Shown here: in pieces, positions 49,801 to 60,987 of the stretch
Position numbering within the stretch: the stretch's first letter is position 1
Layout: every line of letters starts with the position of its first letter
From: Adineta vaga
Lineage: Eukaryota > Animalia > Rotifera
Direction: 5' to 3'
Length of the DNA: 64,000 nucleotides
NCBI GenBank assembly: GCA_021613535.1
Contig: CP075492.1
Span: 15,500,001 to 15,564,000 of the forward strand
Translations under genes and position numbers: made by a program
The notes under the pieces: generated by a model
What the model was told of the DNA's origin: nothing
What the model saw: the letters and a program-made list of their open reading frames with translations, nothing else
The model's database searches: none

Positions 49801-51565
49801 GTTCGATTTTGTTATAATGTCGTATGTTTCATTTTTGATTCAATTCTTTCTTTTTGATTATTTCTTCGATAGATTTTCTTTGTTCTTTATCTTGGATTGT
49901 TCAGTTATGTTCTTCTAATTGATTATTTACCATTAAATCTTCATTCAAAAACACATTCTCATTTGGAAAAACTGCCAATACCAATTACAGAAATTGTTTT
50001 ACATATTTGTACATGGAGTTTGATTATTGAAGAAATTCATCAGGTAAAACGATGAGTCACTATATAAAAATGATTCTCTATTGTGCATATTGCTTTTAGT
50101 TTAGTCAAATGAGTATATATGAATATCTTTCAAATATATGGAATTTAATTGATGATGCTGCAATTGTTCTATATTTAATTGCGTTTATTACACGATTTAT
50201 TCTGCATGAAATATTTTTTATGATATCCAAGTAAAAATGAAGATTTCTTTTTTGAAAGAGAATCATCTGATTTGTATTAGAATCTTTTTATGTCTTGATT
50301 TGATTTTATGGTTCGTTCGAACTCTTCATCTATTTTCGGCTTTTGAACGACTTGGACCAAAATTATTAATGATTTTTAATACCGTTTGTTTAATAAATGA
50401 ACGCTATTTTTCGTATTTGTATTTGGAATTTTTATAGATGCGAGATTTGTCTTTCTTTCTTTGCTTTATTCTTATTTTTCTATGTGGTTTTTCAATAACA
50501 TCATGGTCATTAATAACTTCAGCAGGTCAAATCAATTGGATTTATAATGATGAAGGAAAATTATCAAATATTACAGTTACTGTTGATAAACAAAATACAT
50601 GGACATGGCAATTACTTCGTGATATAGCACAATATGGTGTATGGAAAGTTTTTGGACAAATTGATCCAATTGGTATGGCGATGTTTGTTTTTTTTTATCA
50701 AATTTTTCTCTTATCGTTATTTGATTGTTATAGGTGGAAGTGATTCGTATTCAAATATTGCATTTATTTTGGCTATTGTATTTGTTGCTATTGCAAATAT
50801 ACTTCTTTTGAATGTACTGATTGCTCTTTTTAAGTAAGAAATCAAGGATCCATATTGATTTGTTTGAATGATGTTTTTCGTAGTGTTACGATTCAAAATG
50901 TTCAAGAAAAATCGCATGATCTATGGCGCTATCAACGTTTTCTTATAGTTAATGAATTTAGTAAAAAACCTATTTTACCACCTCCATTCAATCTTCTTTA
51001 TTATATATTCTGTATGATTCGATTTCTTATTATACGTAGCCATAGTAGTCAAATACATCAACGATCAAGTACAAAATTATTGATTTGATTTTCATATCGT
51101 TTAATGTACATATTTATTCTAGTTACAACTGAATTATTATTAGATGATGTAAAAACGATTGATGATACAATTCCAGGAGAAGTTACAAGTAATTCAAAGG
51201 TTCTTATTCTTTCATTTTTCTATTGAACTTGCTGTTATATAGTTAGTGATGATATGCAACGAGAGAATGCCATAGCTGAAGATTATTGGCATGAGATATT
51301 TCAATTAAATAAAAAGGATGGAATAGAATTGGCTTTACAAAATATTGAACATAAGTACATAGACTCTAATGAGTTTATCTTTTGTATCCTTAATTTGATT
51401 TTTTCTTTATAGAATCGATTGTTTCATTCCACAAAATCAAGAAAATAAAAATCCTATTGTGGTAAACTATATCTTGTTTATAATTATTCTCTTGAAAACC
51501 TTTGTTCTATCATATAGATAATGCAACAAACGAACAAACGCGTTCATTATGGAAGTGATGTTTAG
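46808..51565 (+). CDS. TRPM-family cation channel, more than 20 exons, no NUDT9-H or kinase domain
   Basis: SLOG/MHR motifs PDLIISVTGGG, WLITAGTNAGVVKVVGEA, LEPNHTHFLL, VEGGP, GTGRAADL. FLWAIF, FYQAPIVRF, LGPKLLMI, pore WKVFGQIDP, NILLLNVLIALF, TRP box WRYQR, LPPPF. 5' start uncertain. Confidence 0.9.
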
Positions 51566-51621
51566 AAAAATTGTCTTTTTATTTTACGAATAAACATAAC
51601 ATATTTACAATGAATGTTCAA

Positions 51622-52114
51622 TTAAACTTTTAATGGCTGATAATCCAGAATAAGATGAATTTCACCTCGAGATGATGAACTAAATCGAGATGGAATACTA
51701 TACCAATTTTCAATATGACCTAAAAAGAATTGCATAAGAATTTTTGAAAAATCAGAAAGGTTTAAGAATATACGTTTTTCATATAATTCATGTAGATCAA
51801 TTTCGAAACAACCAATTTTATCATTTTTTAATTTATCTTCATCACAAACCTCTACATGAAGAGTATCTTGTCCATGTAAATGATTCCTAAATTCATAAAA
51901 ACAAATCTTACGATGAATTTTAGACAAAGGAGAGAAAATCATACAGAACAAGAATTTGATTCCATTCGGGATTTTTAGAATTATGCTTAACTTTTGTCTT
52001 TTGTTTCACATTTTTATCTTCGAGATAAATTTGAACGAATGGATCACTTTCGCTGAATAAATCTTTTCGTTTTATATTTCGTCCTTCGACAACTGTCACC
52101 TGAATTTGAGCCAT
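51622..52114 (-). CDS. Single C2-domain protein, paralog of 6074-6577 (3 coding exons)
   Basis: MAQIQVTVVEGRNIKRKDLFSESDPFV...NPEWNQ; HLHGQDTLHVEVCDEDKLKNDKIG; GEIHLILDY. Same intron positions as the paralog. Confidence 0.9.
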
Positions 52115-52649
52115 TTGATAGTTGAAATGATTACCTATGTACATATACATTGTCCTTAAATATAGAAGAAAGGAAAGAGAGAGAGAGAAAGAAAGAAAAA
52201 ACAAATATTAACACACATGGGACATGAAACACATTTCATATTTATCATAATAAATGGTGGATAAAAACGTCATATCAATAGATTGGTTGAGGTTGAATGA
52301 TTTGCATAACTCTAATAGAACAAATAAGATATTTATTACGATATATGGTATATGATCTGATAATGACTTCAAAGGCATGATTTTATTTTGAAGATCTGTT
52401 GTAAAAATGTATATAAAAATCTGTTTATTACTTTTTGTTGAATGATTCTTTATACAATCGAAAAGAAAAGAAATTAAAACGTATATAGTGCTGCTAACAT
52501 ATGATTGGCTCGTTCGTGTGAAAGATAAACTATGGATTCAAAGTTAAATTTTCTTTCTTTTTCTCTGGTTTTATCTTCTTCAATGAAAGTAAAGTAAGGC
52601 AAATTTGTTTTTCTTTTAAAGATAAAATGGATATAATTTATTTAATGAG

Positions 52650-54257
52650 TTATTTTAAAAGACAAAATAGAAAGAAAATAATCGTTAGGAAATTTGATTG
52701 AACTAAAAGAGATATAGAAGAATTTGTTTAGTAGAAGAAAGAATTTTTGTTGTAATTTACCTTGAATCGATGAAGATGTTGTTGTTATTGTTGTTGTTGG
52801 TATCGACGTCTAAATTTAAAGAATAAAGAATAAAGATTAATGATTCAAATAGAATTTACAGTTGATGCCGATGAAGAAATAGTACTAATAGTTGTTGAAG
52901 TAGTTGTAGCACTTGCTGTTGTCGAACTTTGTGTTAAGAATGTTGTCGGACTTTGTGTTAGAGATGTTGTCGTACTTTGTGTTAGAGATGTTGTCGTACT
53001 TTGTGTTAGAGATGTTGTCGTACTTTGTGTTAGAGATGTTGTCGTACTTTGTGTTAGAGATGTTGTCGTTCGAGTAGTAGTTATAGTTGTACTTGTAGAT
53101 GTAGTACTTGATGTTGTTGTTGTTGTTGTTGTCGTTGTCATTGTCGTTGTTGATGATAATAGACTCATAGTTGTAGTAGTCGAAGAACTTGATGATGATG
53201 ATGATGATGATGTAGTTGTGCTAGATTGTGTTGTTGTTGAAGTCTGGATTTCAGAATAAGATTTTTGATGAGAATAGATTTGAAAAAATGTACTTACGGT
53301 AATCTCAGTTGTTGTAGGAATAGTTGTAGTATTTATTGGTGCTAAGAAAAAGAGTTTTTTTTTATTGAATTAGATAAAAGTTCGTTTTTATTTATACCGC
53401 ATTCAACATCGATGATAGTTATTTGATCGATTGCAACGTAAAATGGCAATGAATCCATAGATATTTCTCGTTCAAATTGAAAATATATCTTCGAAGAAAA
53501 ATATCATGTTTGTTTTCATCATACATTAAACGAATAGAATTGAACTTACTGAAGGATTTTCATTGTAAACAAAAAAATCTCCTCTAATTTCATGCCATCG
53601 ATTTTGAAGACGTTGAGATGCGGTAATAATCGTTGAATTTGAACCTGATTCGTTATCTTCAAGTATCACTTTTATACTTGCATTCGATGTTCCATCCGAT
53701 AAATAATAAAAAAATCCAATACAATGTTCACCAGCTTCGAGAGGACGAGAGAGATCAAGTTTATGTAAACGAGATCCAATCTCTCCATCTTCAAATCTTT
53801 CATATCCATATTCACCTTTGAGGAAGAAAATTATTTCATGAGTTATTCTTCGATTCATGTTTTTACAAATAGAACAATACCGTAACTACAATTAATCTTT
53901 GGTCCTGTTGAATTGAAACTTGGACATGTCGCAGGTGAATCAGGATCGTTTTTTTCACAAAAATACATATCAAATACATTTAATTGATATGGAAAATAAC
54001 ATTCTCCTTGATCATTGTATGTTTCTATAAGTAAAAAATCATTTCAATTCAGAAAGATATGAAGATTTATATAAACTACCAATAGCAGTAACATCAGAAG
54101 CGGGTTGTCGTGGTTCATTGCTAGTTTCGTTTAAGAGAACGTATGAACCTAATGATAGACCGGGAAGACACTTATCATTATATTCAAAATAACATTCGAA
54201 TATTCCTTTGCTACATAATGAAAGAGTGAAAAGTAACAAAATTCGGAAAGTTATCAT
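52650..54257 (-). CDS. Secreted, probably GPI-anchored MAM-like domain + Ser/Thr mucin stalk protein (about 8 exons)
   Basis: Signal peptide, ECYFE, HCIGFFYYL, NRWHE, VAIDQITIIDVEC (MAM-like). Long S/T-rich exon. Last exon 52702-52650 is hydrophobic (VQSNFLTIIFFLFCLLK*). Confidence 0.75.
52918..53069. repeat. Coding 24-bp tandem repeat (QSTTTSLT, about x6) within the mucin stalk
   Basis: GTTGTCGTACTTTGTGTTAGAGAT units; adjacent (GTT)n and (GAT)n tracts at 53113-53211. Confidence 0.9.
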
Positions 54258-54424
54258 GATTTCGAATGAAGACTGAAATGAATCGATGGTTATAAAGAGT
54301 AGATTGTTTCTTTTCGAATGATTACTAATCTATCAAATCATAAAAGAGTTTTCAAACTACTTGAAGTCATGATAAGACTAATAAAAGAATATATCCGTTG
54401 CTTTCTACCTTTTTTTATTTTCAG

Positions 54425-54933
54425 ATGCAAAGATTGTTTTCTCGGCGATTATCAACAATAAACAATAATCAACGTGGATGGCGTAAATATCTTGATCAAT
54501 TAAAAGATCGTCCAGCATCTCATATAACTGCATTTGCTATTCTTCATGAAGTAACTGCTATTCTTCCATTTCCATTGATTTACTTTCCATTAAAATGGTT
54601 ACGTATGGGAGAATATCTTCCCATTCCAATTGAATATATTCAAGGTTAATTTGATTTGAAATGAAACACTTCTTTTATATCTTTGTTTTTTTTTCAGAAG
54701 GAAATAAGAAAATTAATCGTGTTCGTACTCGGTATGGTTTCGAACCATTAGATGAATCATCCATGGTCTTAGTCAATCTTTCCATGACTTATGCAATTGT
54801 TAAAATTTTACTTCCATTACGTATTGGATTAAGTCTAATGTTAACACCATGGTTAGCATCAATTATTACTCGTTCATTATCTATTGTTCAACGTTTTAAA
54901 ACAAAACTGTTTTCTGCTAAGTCTTCAAAATGA
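54425..54933 (+). CDS. FLILHELTA/MRX11-like (FAM210/DUF1279-related) mitochondrial membrane protein, 151 aa; exons 54425-54644, 54698-54933
   Basis: Arg/Ser-rich presequence MQRLFSRRLS; SHITAFAILHEVTAILP; YAIVKILLPLRIGLSLMLTPWLA. Confidence 0.78.
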
Positions 54934-55241
54934 ACTTTTCATTTTGTTTTTCTAGTCTTTCATTATTTGTGATCAACTATTAAACTTCTCTATTTGTTGA
55001 ATGAATTAATTGTCTTTTTGAGCTAGCAAAAGAGTTGCAATGATTGAGAATATGAATATCGAGATTCCCAGAATATGCGTACAAAATAAATGTGTATGTA
55101 TTGTAATATCATAGAAAATGAATGAATACAAAGACAACGAAATATGTATAAAAATATGTTGATAGCACACCTTGTAGACAAAAGCAACGTACGATGAAAA
55201 GTCTGATTAGAGTTTGTTAGAATAGATGGGCCATTACCCTT

Positions 55242-56150
55242 TTAAACTGCATTTGTCCGCCTTCGTTCTCCAATTTCAATCAATGGTTGTTGTTTTGGAA
55301 TAGCAAAAATGCTCATTTCATTAGATTCGAGTTCTGTCGTGATCATTAGTCTCTTGTTTCTTCTCCAACTCCAAACTAATATTTGCATTGGTATCACTAT
55401 AAATAATATGCCAATGATAACTGCCACCGTTAATCCTGTTATACTTATATTGTATACTGCAAGAACTGTCAATATAACGACTGGAATAGCAAATGACACA
55501 CCAGTACAAATCAAAGCCAAATAGAGATGTGCATACTTTGAAGCATCTTCTGGACCAGGAAATTTATAAGCATAGAGCAACAAACGTAAGTACAACCCTA
55601 CTCCCCAACTGAACACTTCGAAAAGACCAGTACAAAGTCCAATTTGTTCAAGGACTTCCAATGTCGAAAGTCCTCTTTTAAACCATCGGTAACAAATGAC
55701 ACTTCCCATAGACTCGGAAATCGAAATATCAGATGAGTTACAATAGAAGTACTGCGCTTGTTTTGTCGAATAACAATCCATATCACCATCGTCTGGACAT
55801 TTTTCATTTGCCGGAAGATAGATAACATTCAAGATTAAGCCATCGATAAAGACCATTAGTGTCACTCCAATCACGACACCTATCATAAGCCAGAGACAAA
55901 TACGGGGAACTTGAAAACACCATTGCTTTCTATCTCTCAATACAAACTTTTCTCCGTATATGTCTAATGTTGCTGATCGTTCCAAACCTTCGGACCAGCT
56001 ATATTTGATAGAAAACATCTTCTTAATCATGGCTCGGAAGACTTCAGTACGTGCAGTCCATAATACACCAATGAAGATTAATGATGCTACAATGGCACCA
56101 AAGGAAAGTGTATAATTTGATATCTGATACGTTGAATGACCGGGTGCCAT
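55242..56150 (-). CDS. Unknown multi-pass membrane protein with a Cys-rich extracellular loop, intronless
   Basis: 302-aa ATG ORF with 4-5 hydrophobic helices and the loop CPDDGDMDCY...YCN...CYRW. Confidence 0.75.
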   Translation of the reverse strand: MAPGHSTYQISNYTLSFGAIVASLIFIGVLWTARTEVFRAMIKKMFSIKYSWSEGLERSATLDIYGEKFVLRDRKQWCFQVPRICLWLMIGVVIGVTLMVFIDGLILNVIYLPANEKCPDDGDMDCYSTKQAQYFYCNSSDISISESMGSVICYRWFKRGLSTLEVLEQIGLCTGLFEVFSWGVGLYLRLLLYAYKFPGPEDASKYAHLYLALICTGVSFAIPVVILTVLAVYNISITGLTVAVIIGILFIVIPMQILVWSWRRNKRLMITTELESNEMSIFAIPKQQPLIEIGERRRTNAV

Positions 56151-57134
56151 TTATTTTAAATATTCAGAATGAAAGGATGTATTAAGATTGACGTAATTTT
56201 CGCTCCTAACTACAAGTATCGCTGAGTAATATCAGATGAATTCAGGATTGAAAGCATGTTCTCACTATAAAAAACAAATGGATTAATAGAAAATTGACAA
56301 AGACACATAAAGCATTTATTATAAGTAATGTAACTGTGTAATCCTTTCATACTACTATGTATATCACACAAACTAATGACTTTTTACAAGTTACTGATAA
56401 AAGGAACTACGAATAAAAGCTTTCTATATCCATACATCTGCCTGATAAAAGGAACTACGAATAACTCTTCTTTAACGGATGGGGCAAAAATTTTGCATTG
56501 ATTTTGTTTTTCAAATATCTCTGTAAGGGATTGTGATAGCGACTGAAAATTTTTTCTTTATTAGAAAGATATTATAAATTTTAGAGTTGAAACTAAGAGA
56601 AAGCACTGTTTTTGGGCATAAGACGGTGTTATTGACGTACAGATATTATTATTGTAACATTGCAGAAGCGTTATTGACGTATATTAAAAGCAAACAATTT
56701 TAAACTTCGATTCGAGAGACAAGATGTCAGAAAGTATGCGTTTTAAACGAAAAAGAAAGCTTATAGAGTTCGCCCTCACAACACAAAATGGTAGTTGAAC
56801 AACTAATTTTTATAATAAATTTGCCTTCTCTCCATATACTCCTATCACATGAGAGCCTTCATTGTAACAAACAGAAGGTAAAATACGTATTAAAAGGGCT
56901 GAAACAAATATATTTGAATATATTAAAGCAAAGTAACTAAAGGTGCAAAAGAATTTTTCACCGTCATTATAAATGATCTACCTATATGTGATACCATTAA
57001 TTAATCAATTAAATCTACATCGTAATAAAATTGATCTTGTACAATACTCCTTTTGACATTGTTGAAATAAAGGATTCGTCGAGATGATTTCGCAGAAAAT
57101 CCCACTTTATTCTCTACCCACTAAAAACATGCTA

Positions 57135-57683
57135 GGAAATGAGAAATCATCTTCGAGCTGAGGTCCTGTGTTAGCGCATAGATATCGATAAGATAACACG
57201 AATCTGCTATGATGTTCTTAGTCAGGTCTTCTACTAGAAGTTGTTCTTATGTTACTATACTTTTACTTGAATACTAACAAGAAATCGCGGTACACGGCTG
57301 CGAACTTAATTTTGAGCGTGAGTGCTGCATACCAGATAAGTCTGAATAAAGCATACAAACATCAGTCATATCTGTTGAGTTTTATATTTACTATCATATA
57401 TAACGGAGATTTCCATTAAGTTTTCGAATGAAAATTTGTCTGTGCTTTCTCTTTTGAGGTTTGCATGCTTTATTCAGACCTATCTGGTATGCAGCACTCA
57501 CGCTCAAAATTAAGTTCGCAGTCGTGTACCGCGATTTCTTGTTAGCATTCAAGTAAAAGTATAGTAACATAAGAACATCTTCTAGTAGAAGATCTGATCA
57601 AGGACATCATAGCAGATTCGTGTTATCTTATCAAGATCTATGCTATATTTAAGAGCTCAATTCGAAGATGATTTCTCATTCCC
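57135..57683. mobile_element. Foldback/long-TIR element (549 bp; arms about 225 bp, loop about 100 bp), TA-flanked
   Basis: 57135-57360 is the reverse complement of 57460-57683 with scattered mismatches. TA lies immediately outside both ends. Confidence 0.8.
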
Positions 57684-57900
57684 TAATGATGAAAAAGATA
57701 CCGAAATAATTGCAATCGGTGATAGATACAAATGAATAATAAATATTTAATGATTGATTGATGTATTTTCTTTTTACTTTACAGCATTTTTGACTTGTCA
57801 AACAAATTCTTTTCGATCTGTGCTTCTTTATTTACTATTATAATCACGTGTTAAAATTGCTTTATATCAGAGAAGAAATTTCGATTTCTCGTTTACATTT

Positions 57901-58073
57901 TTGTAATTGTTACATCTCGGTAACAATAAAGAGTATATTGCTAAAATTTTAGTATCTAGTGGTTCTAGATATGTATAGTATATACTGTAAATATCAGCTT
58001 TTGAGTGAGATAAGTACGCGTGAGAAAAAATAAATTTAATGATGGAAATTCAAACTTATTTTACATCCTTTAT
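57901..58073. mobile_element. Dispersed repeat, probable Tc1/mariner-type end (copy of 38197-38335)
   Basis: Direct similarity to 38197-38335; ends TTTTACATCCTTTATA. Confidence 0.45.
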
Positions 58074-58465
58074 ATCGTTATTTGACGAAGCTTTTATCAC
58101 TTTTAAAATAACAATTCGTTTGAAGGATCAGAACAGACCAAATAAAATGCAGTGGTAATTAGAATATGATACGTTATTCAAAACGAAGATGTCGTTTATT
58201 TAGTTTCAGATTTAATCGCATAAAACGTTGAAATTTATCTTAGTGCAAAGAAAAGAAAGTCAGTCCATCAATATCCTCAAGAGCATGTAAAACTAAATTG
58301 ATTATTTTCTGCGTATCGCGCAACAATCTCTTTCGGCTCTTTCAAATTAATAGCCCGCAACATCATAGAATATGAAAGAAACGCTTTTTAACGGAAGAGA
58401 AAGTTGTCGCTATGACGAGACTTAATGAATATGGAAACTGATCCGAAGAAAAGGATGACTATATT

Positions 58466-59199
58466 CACGAACAAGAACATGGCAGATCTCATGTTATTTT
58501 GAGGCTTATTTTATGCTCTTTTTCAATATTTTGGAATCATTTTATTTGACTTGTCTAAATCTTTGTCGTTATTGGCAGATTGTTCGAAATGAGAACATCT
58601 ATATCAAATATCCACGTCATGTTCTATTCGTCTTTTCAACAATCCCTATTTTTATTCTGATGAACATAATTGTTGAACATGAGATGAAATGGTGTGTTGT
58701 TATCGAAGAAGCTGGATCAAGTTGTTCATTGGTTTTCAATTCTGTTACAATTCGAGTGTGGAATCTCACTGTTCTCTTTGCACTGCCAATTATCATAAGT
58801 TTTACTTCATTGATTTTATGTTTAATCTTCATAAAAAAGACACATCCTCAACAAATCCTTGTTCATCACAATTATCATCATCGATTGATTTATCACTTTC
58901 TTATTTTCTACACAATATGGATCGTTCTTTGGGGGCCATTTGTATTTCTAACTTATCTTGATCTTGAAACGATTGATGATCAAACAAATTTTATTATCAC
59001 TATCGGAAATGTAATGGAAATGAGCATAGACGGAATTTTAGTTTATGCATTAGATAAACGATATGAAATGGCATGGAAAAAGACGTATGATGCTATTCTA
59101 GAACGATTGGGTTGGCAAAGAAGGCCCAAAATACATCCAGGATTTCCCATGGCAGTTGTTGCTGAAAATAAAACTCATCCTATATCTCAAAATACTTAA
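58466..59199 (+). pseudogene. 5'-deleted 7TM paralog D (lacks TM1-TM2); open frame from Met 58513
   Basis: The paralog-A upstream region (reverse complement of about 36819-36982) is joined directly at about 58465 to the codons for RTRTWQISCY. About 80 N-terminal codons are missing. Confidence 0.8.
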
Positions 59200-60786
59200 A
59201 ATACATACGTTGTTTGATGACTCTGTTGGTTATATTATCATTTAATTTAATTTATTATACGAAGAGAAATCTCAAAATATCTTCTTTATTATAATTTCTA
59301 CGTGTGTTCCTTATTCACAGTAATTAAACATCCGTTTATTCACCTATAATTTTCTTTTTCTATCTTCTGAGTTCATTCACTTCTGAAGAAGATAAAATGT
59401 AATCAGCTATACATTCTTCGAAAGTTTGAATGTCGAATGACATTATACTCAGAATTAAAGTTTTACATAGTTGACAGTGATGACTGTTTATGTTTAATAT
59501 AACACTACTCATGTATTCACTTGTAAAACCAAAAGAATATTTATGATCTTCATTGTCGATATTCATTCTAATTCCATATGATCAATCTAATCGTGAGATA
59601 TATAATCTTTTCAATGACTTCGTTTTATTTAAAAGTGATGGATACAAGTAACGCTCGTCCTTCGGATTCGCTGACCCTCTACTTAAAGAAACTATGAAGA
59701 GAAATTGATATTGCAAAAATTATAAGGTACGAGGTGTTCATATGTGATATTCTATTTACTCGTTTGGAAAAGAGCATCATTTTGAAAAATATATCCTATT
59801 TAAAACATATTCGTTCGGCAAGAATAATGTTAAGTTCAGTCATTAATAAACAAAAGCTGACGCTCATTTGAGAATATGATACTCATAGAGCATGTGCAAT
59901 CTACAGTTTAGGTGTGGGTGTTAGTCATTTTGTACTAAATCCATTGAGATTGATTCTAAGCAGTCAAGAAGATAGGATGTAGTTTATAACATATCATCAC
60001 TTACCTCTTTTCCTGCCGGTCTATTGAAAAGTGGACATCAGCCGGTATGTATAAACATATCTTTTACTGAGTCCTCTATGTTTGTTAAATCAACCAGTGA
60101 CAGGTGTCAATGGTTTCGTAGAAAGTTCACTGAACTCTAACAATCTTTACGATGCCACTGATCGTTTCGTACAACTTACACGGAACCATTTTAAAGTATA
60201 CAAATATGTTCATATATGTCAAAATATCCTACAAAACCTTGAACCGTTGCATGAAACAATTGATATGTTGGTAAAAATTCTCTCAAGCCCCTACATATTC
60301 TATGAAGTGGGTTATCGTCTCGTTAAAGCTATGCAGAACCAATTACAAGTATATAGGAGCCATCGTAGTTTAGCGTAAATTTTCTCAAACCTTTGGGCAA
60401 TGTACAATTCCAGCGACAGTTTGGCAAAAACTCTACCAAGCCTTACGATGGTTTACAAAAACCCCATTAGTTTGGTACACTGCGTAAGAAATCTCAGGGC
60501 TGTGTACGGAACTACGACTGGTTCTGGATGGTGCGTATGATCTTTAGGATGGTGTACGAATCCGTAAAGGAATTCATAGAGCTGCCACTGGTTGCGCAGA
60601 TATTATAACGAGTCCTTAGAGCGGTTCAAGGAACTCATGCTGGTTTCGTAGATAAAATACAAATCCTGATCACACTTTATGAAACAGCCCCTGGTTTCTT
60701 AGATCATGCTAAAAACCTGTGGAGTCGTTACGGAATCATCAAAGGTTTCGCAGACGATTGACAAAACCTTAGGATGTTTGTCGAAA

Positions 60787-60847
60787 CTTGAGGGTGTGGG
60801 TGTGTAGATGTCTCTTGAACACTAAAACTCACACTTACATCCTCAAG
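60787..60847. repeat. 61-bp palindromic mini-element (CTTGAGGGTGTGGGTGTG...CACACTTACATCCTCAAG)
   Basis: 15/18 inverted match. Half copies at 2856-2878, 5632-5652 and 59908-59925. Confidence 0.65.
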
Positions 60848-60987
60848 ATATACTATAATGAATTATACATATTATGATAAATCATGATGTTTATATGTAT
60901 ATAAAAAAAAGAATTTATTAAAATCACCGTAAATTGTTAGTGTAGGAAAATAGTAGTTTTTTGTCGTTGAGGAAAAGAAGAAGATAA

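Noticed and set aside
18661-51565. PARP + ART + TRPM as a linked ADP-ribose signalling cluster
   Set aside because: They are more than 20 kb apart, the ART is a pseudogene, and these families appear expanded in this lineage, so co-occurrence is likely chance.
52840-53259. Val-rich + strand ORF (VVLCVRD)n
   Set aside because: Antisense shadow of the Thr-rich mucin exon.
56394-56464. 23-bp direct repeat CTGATAAAAGGAACTACGAATAA x2
   Set aside because: Only two copies 25 bp apart; a simple local duplication.
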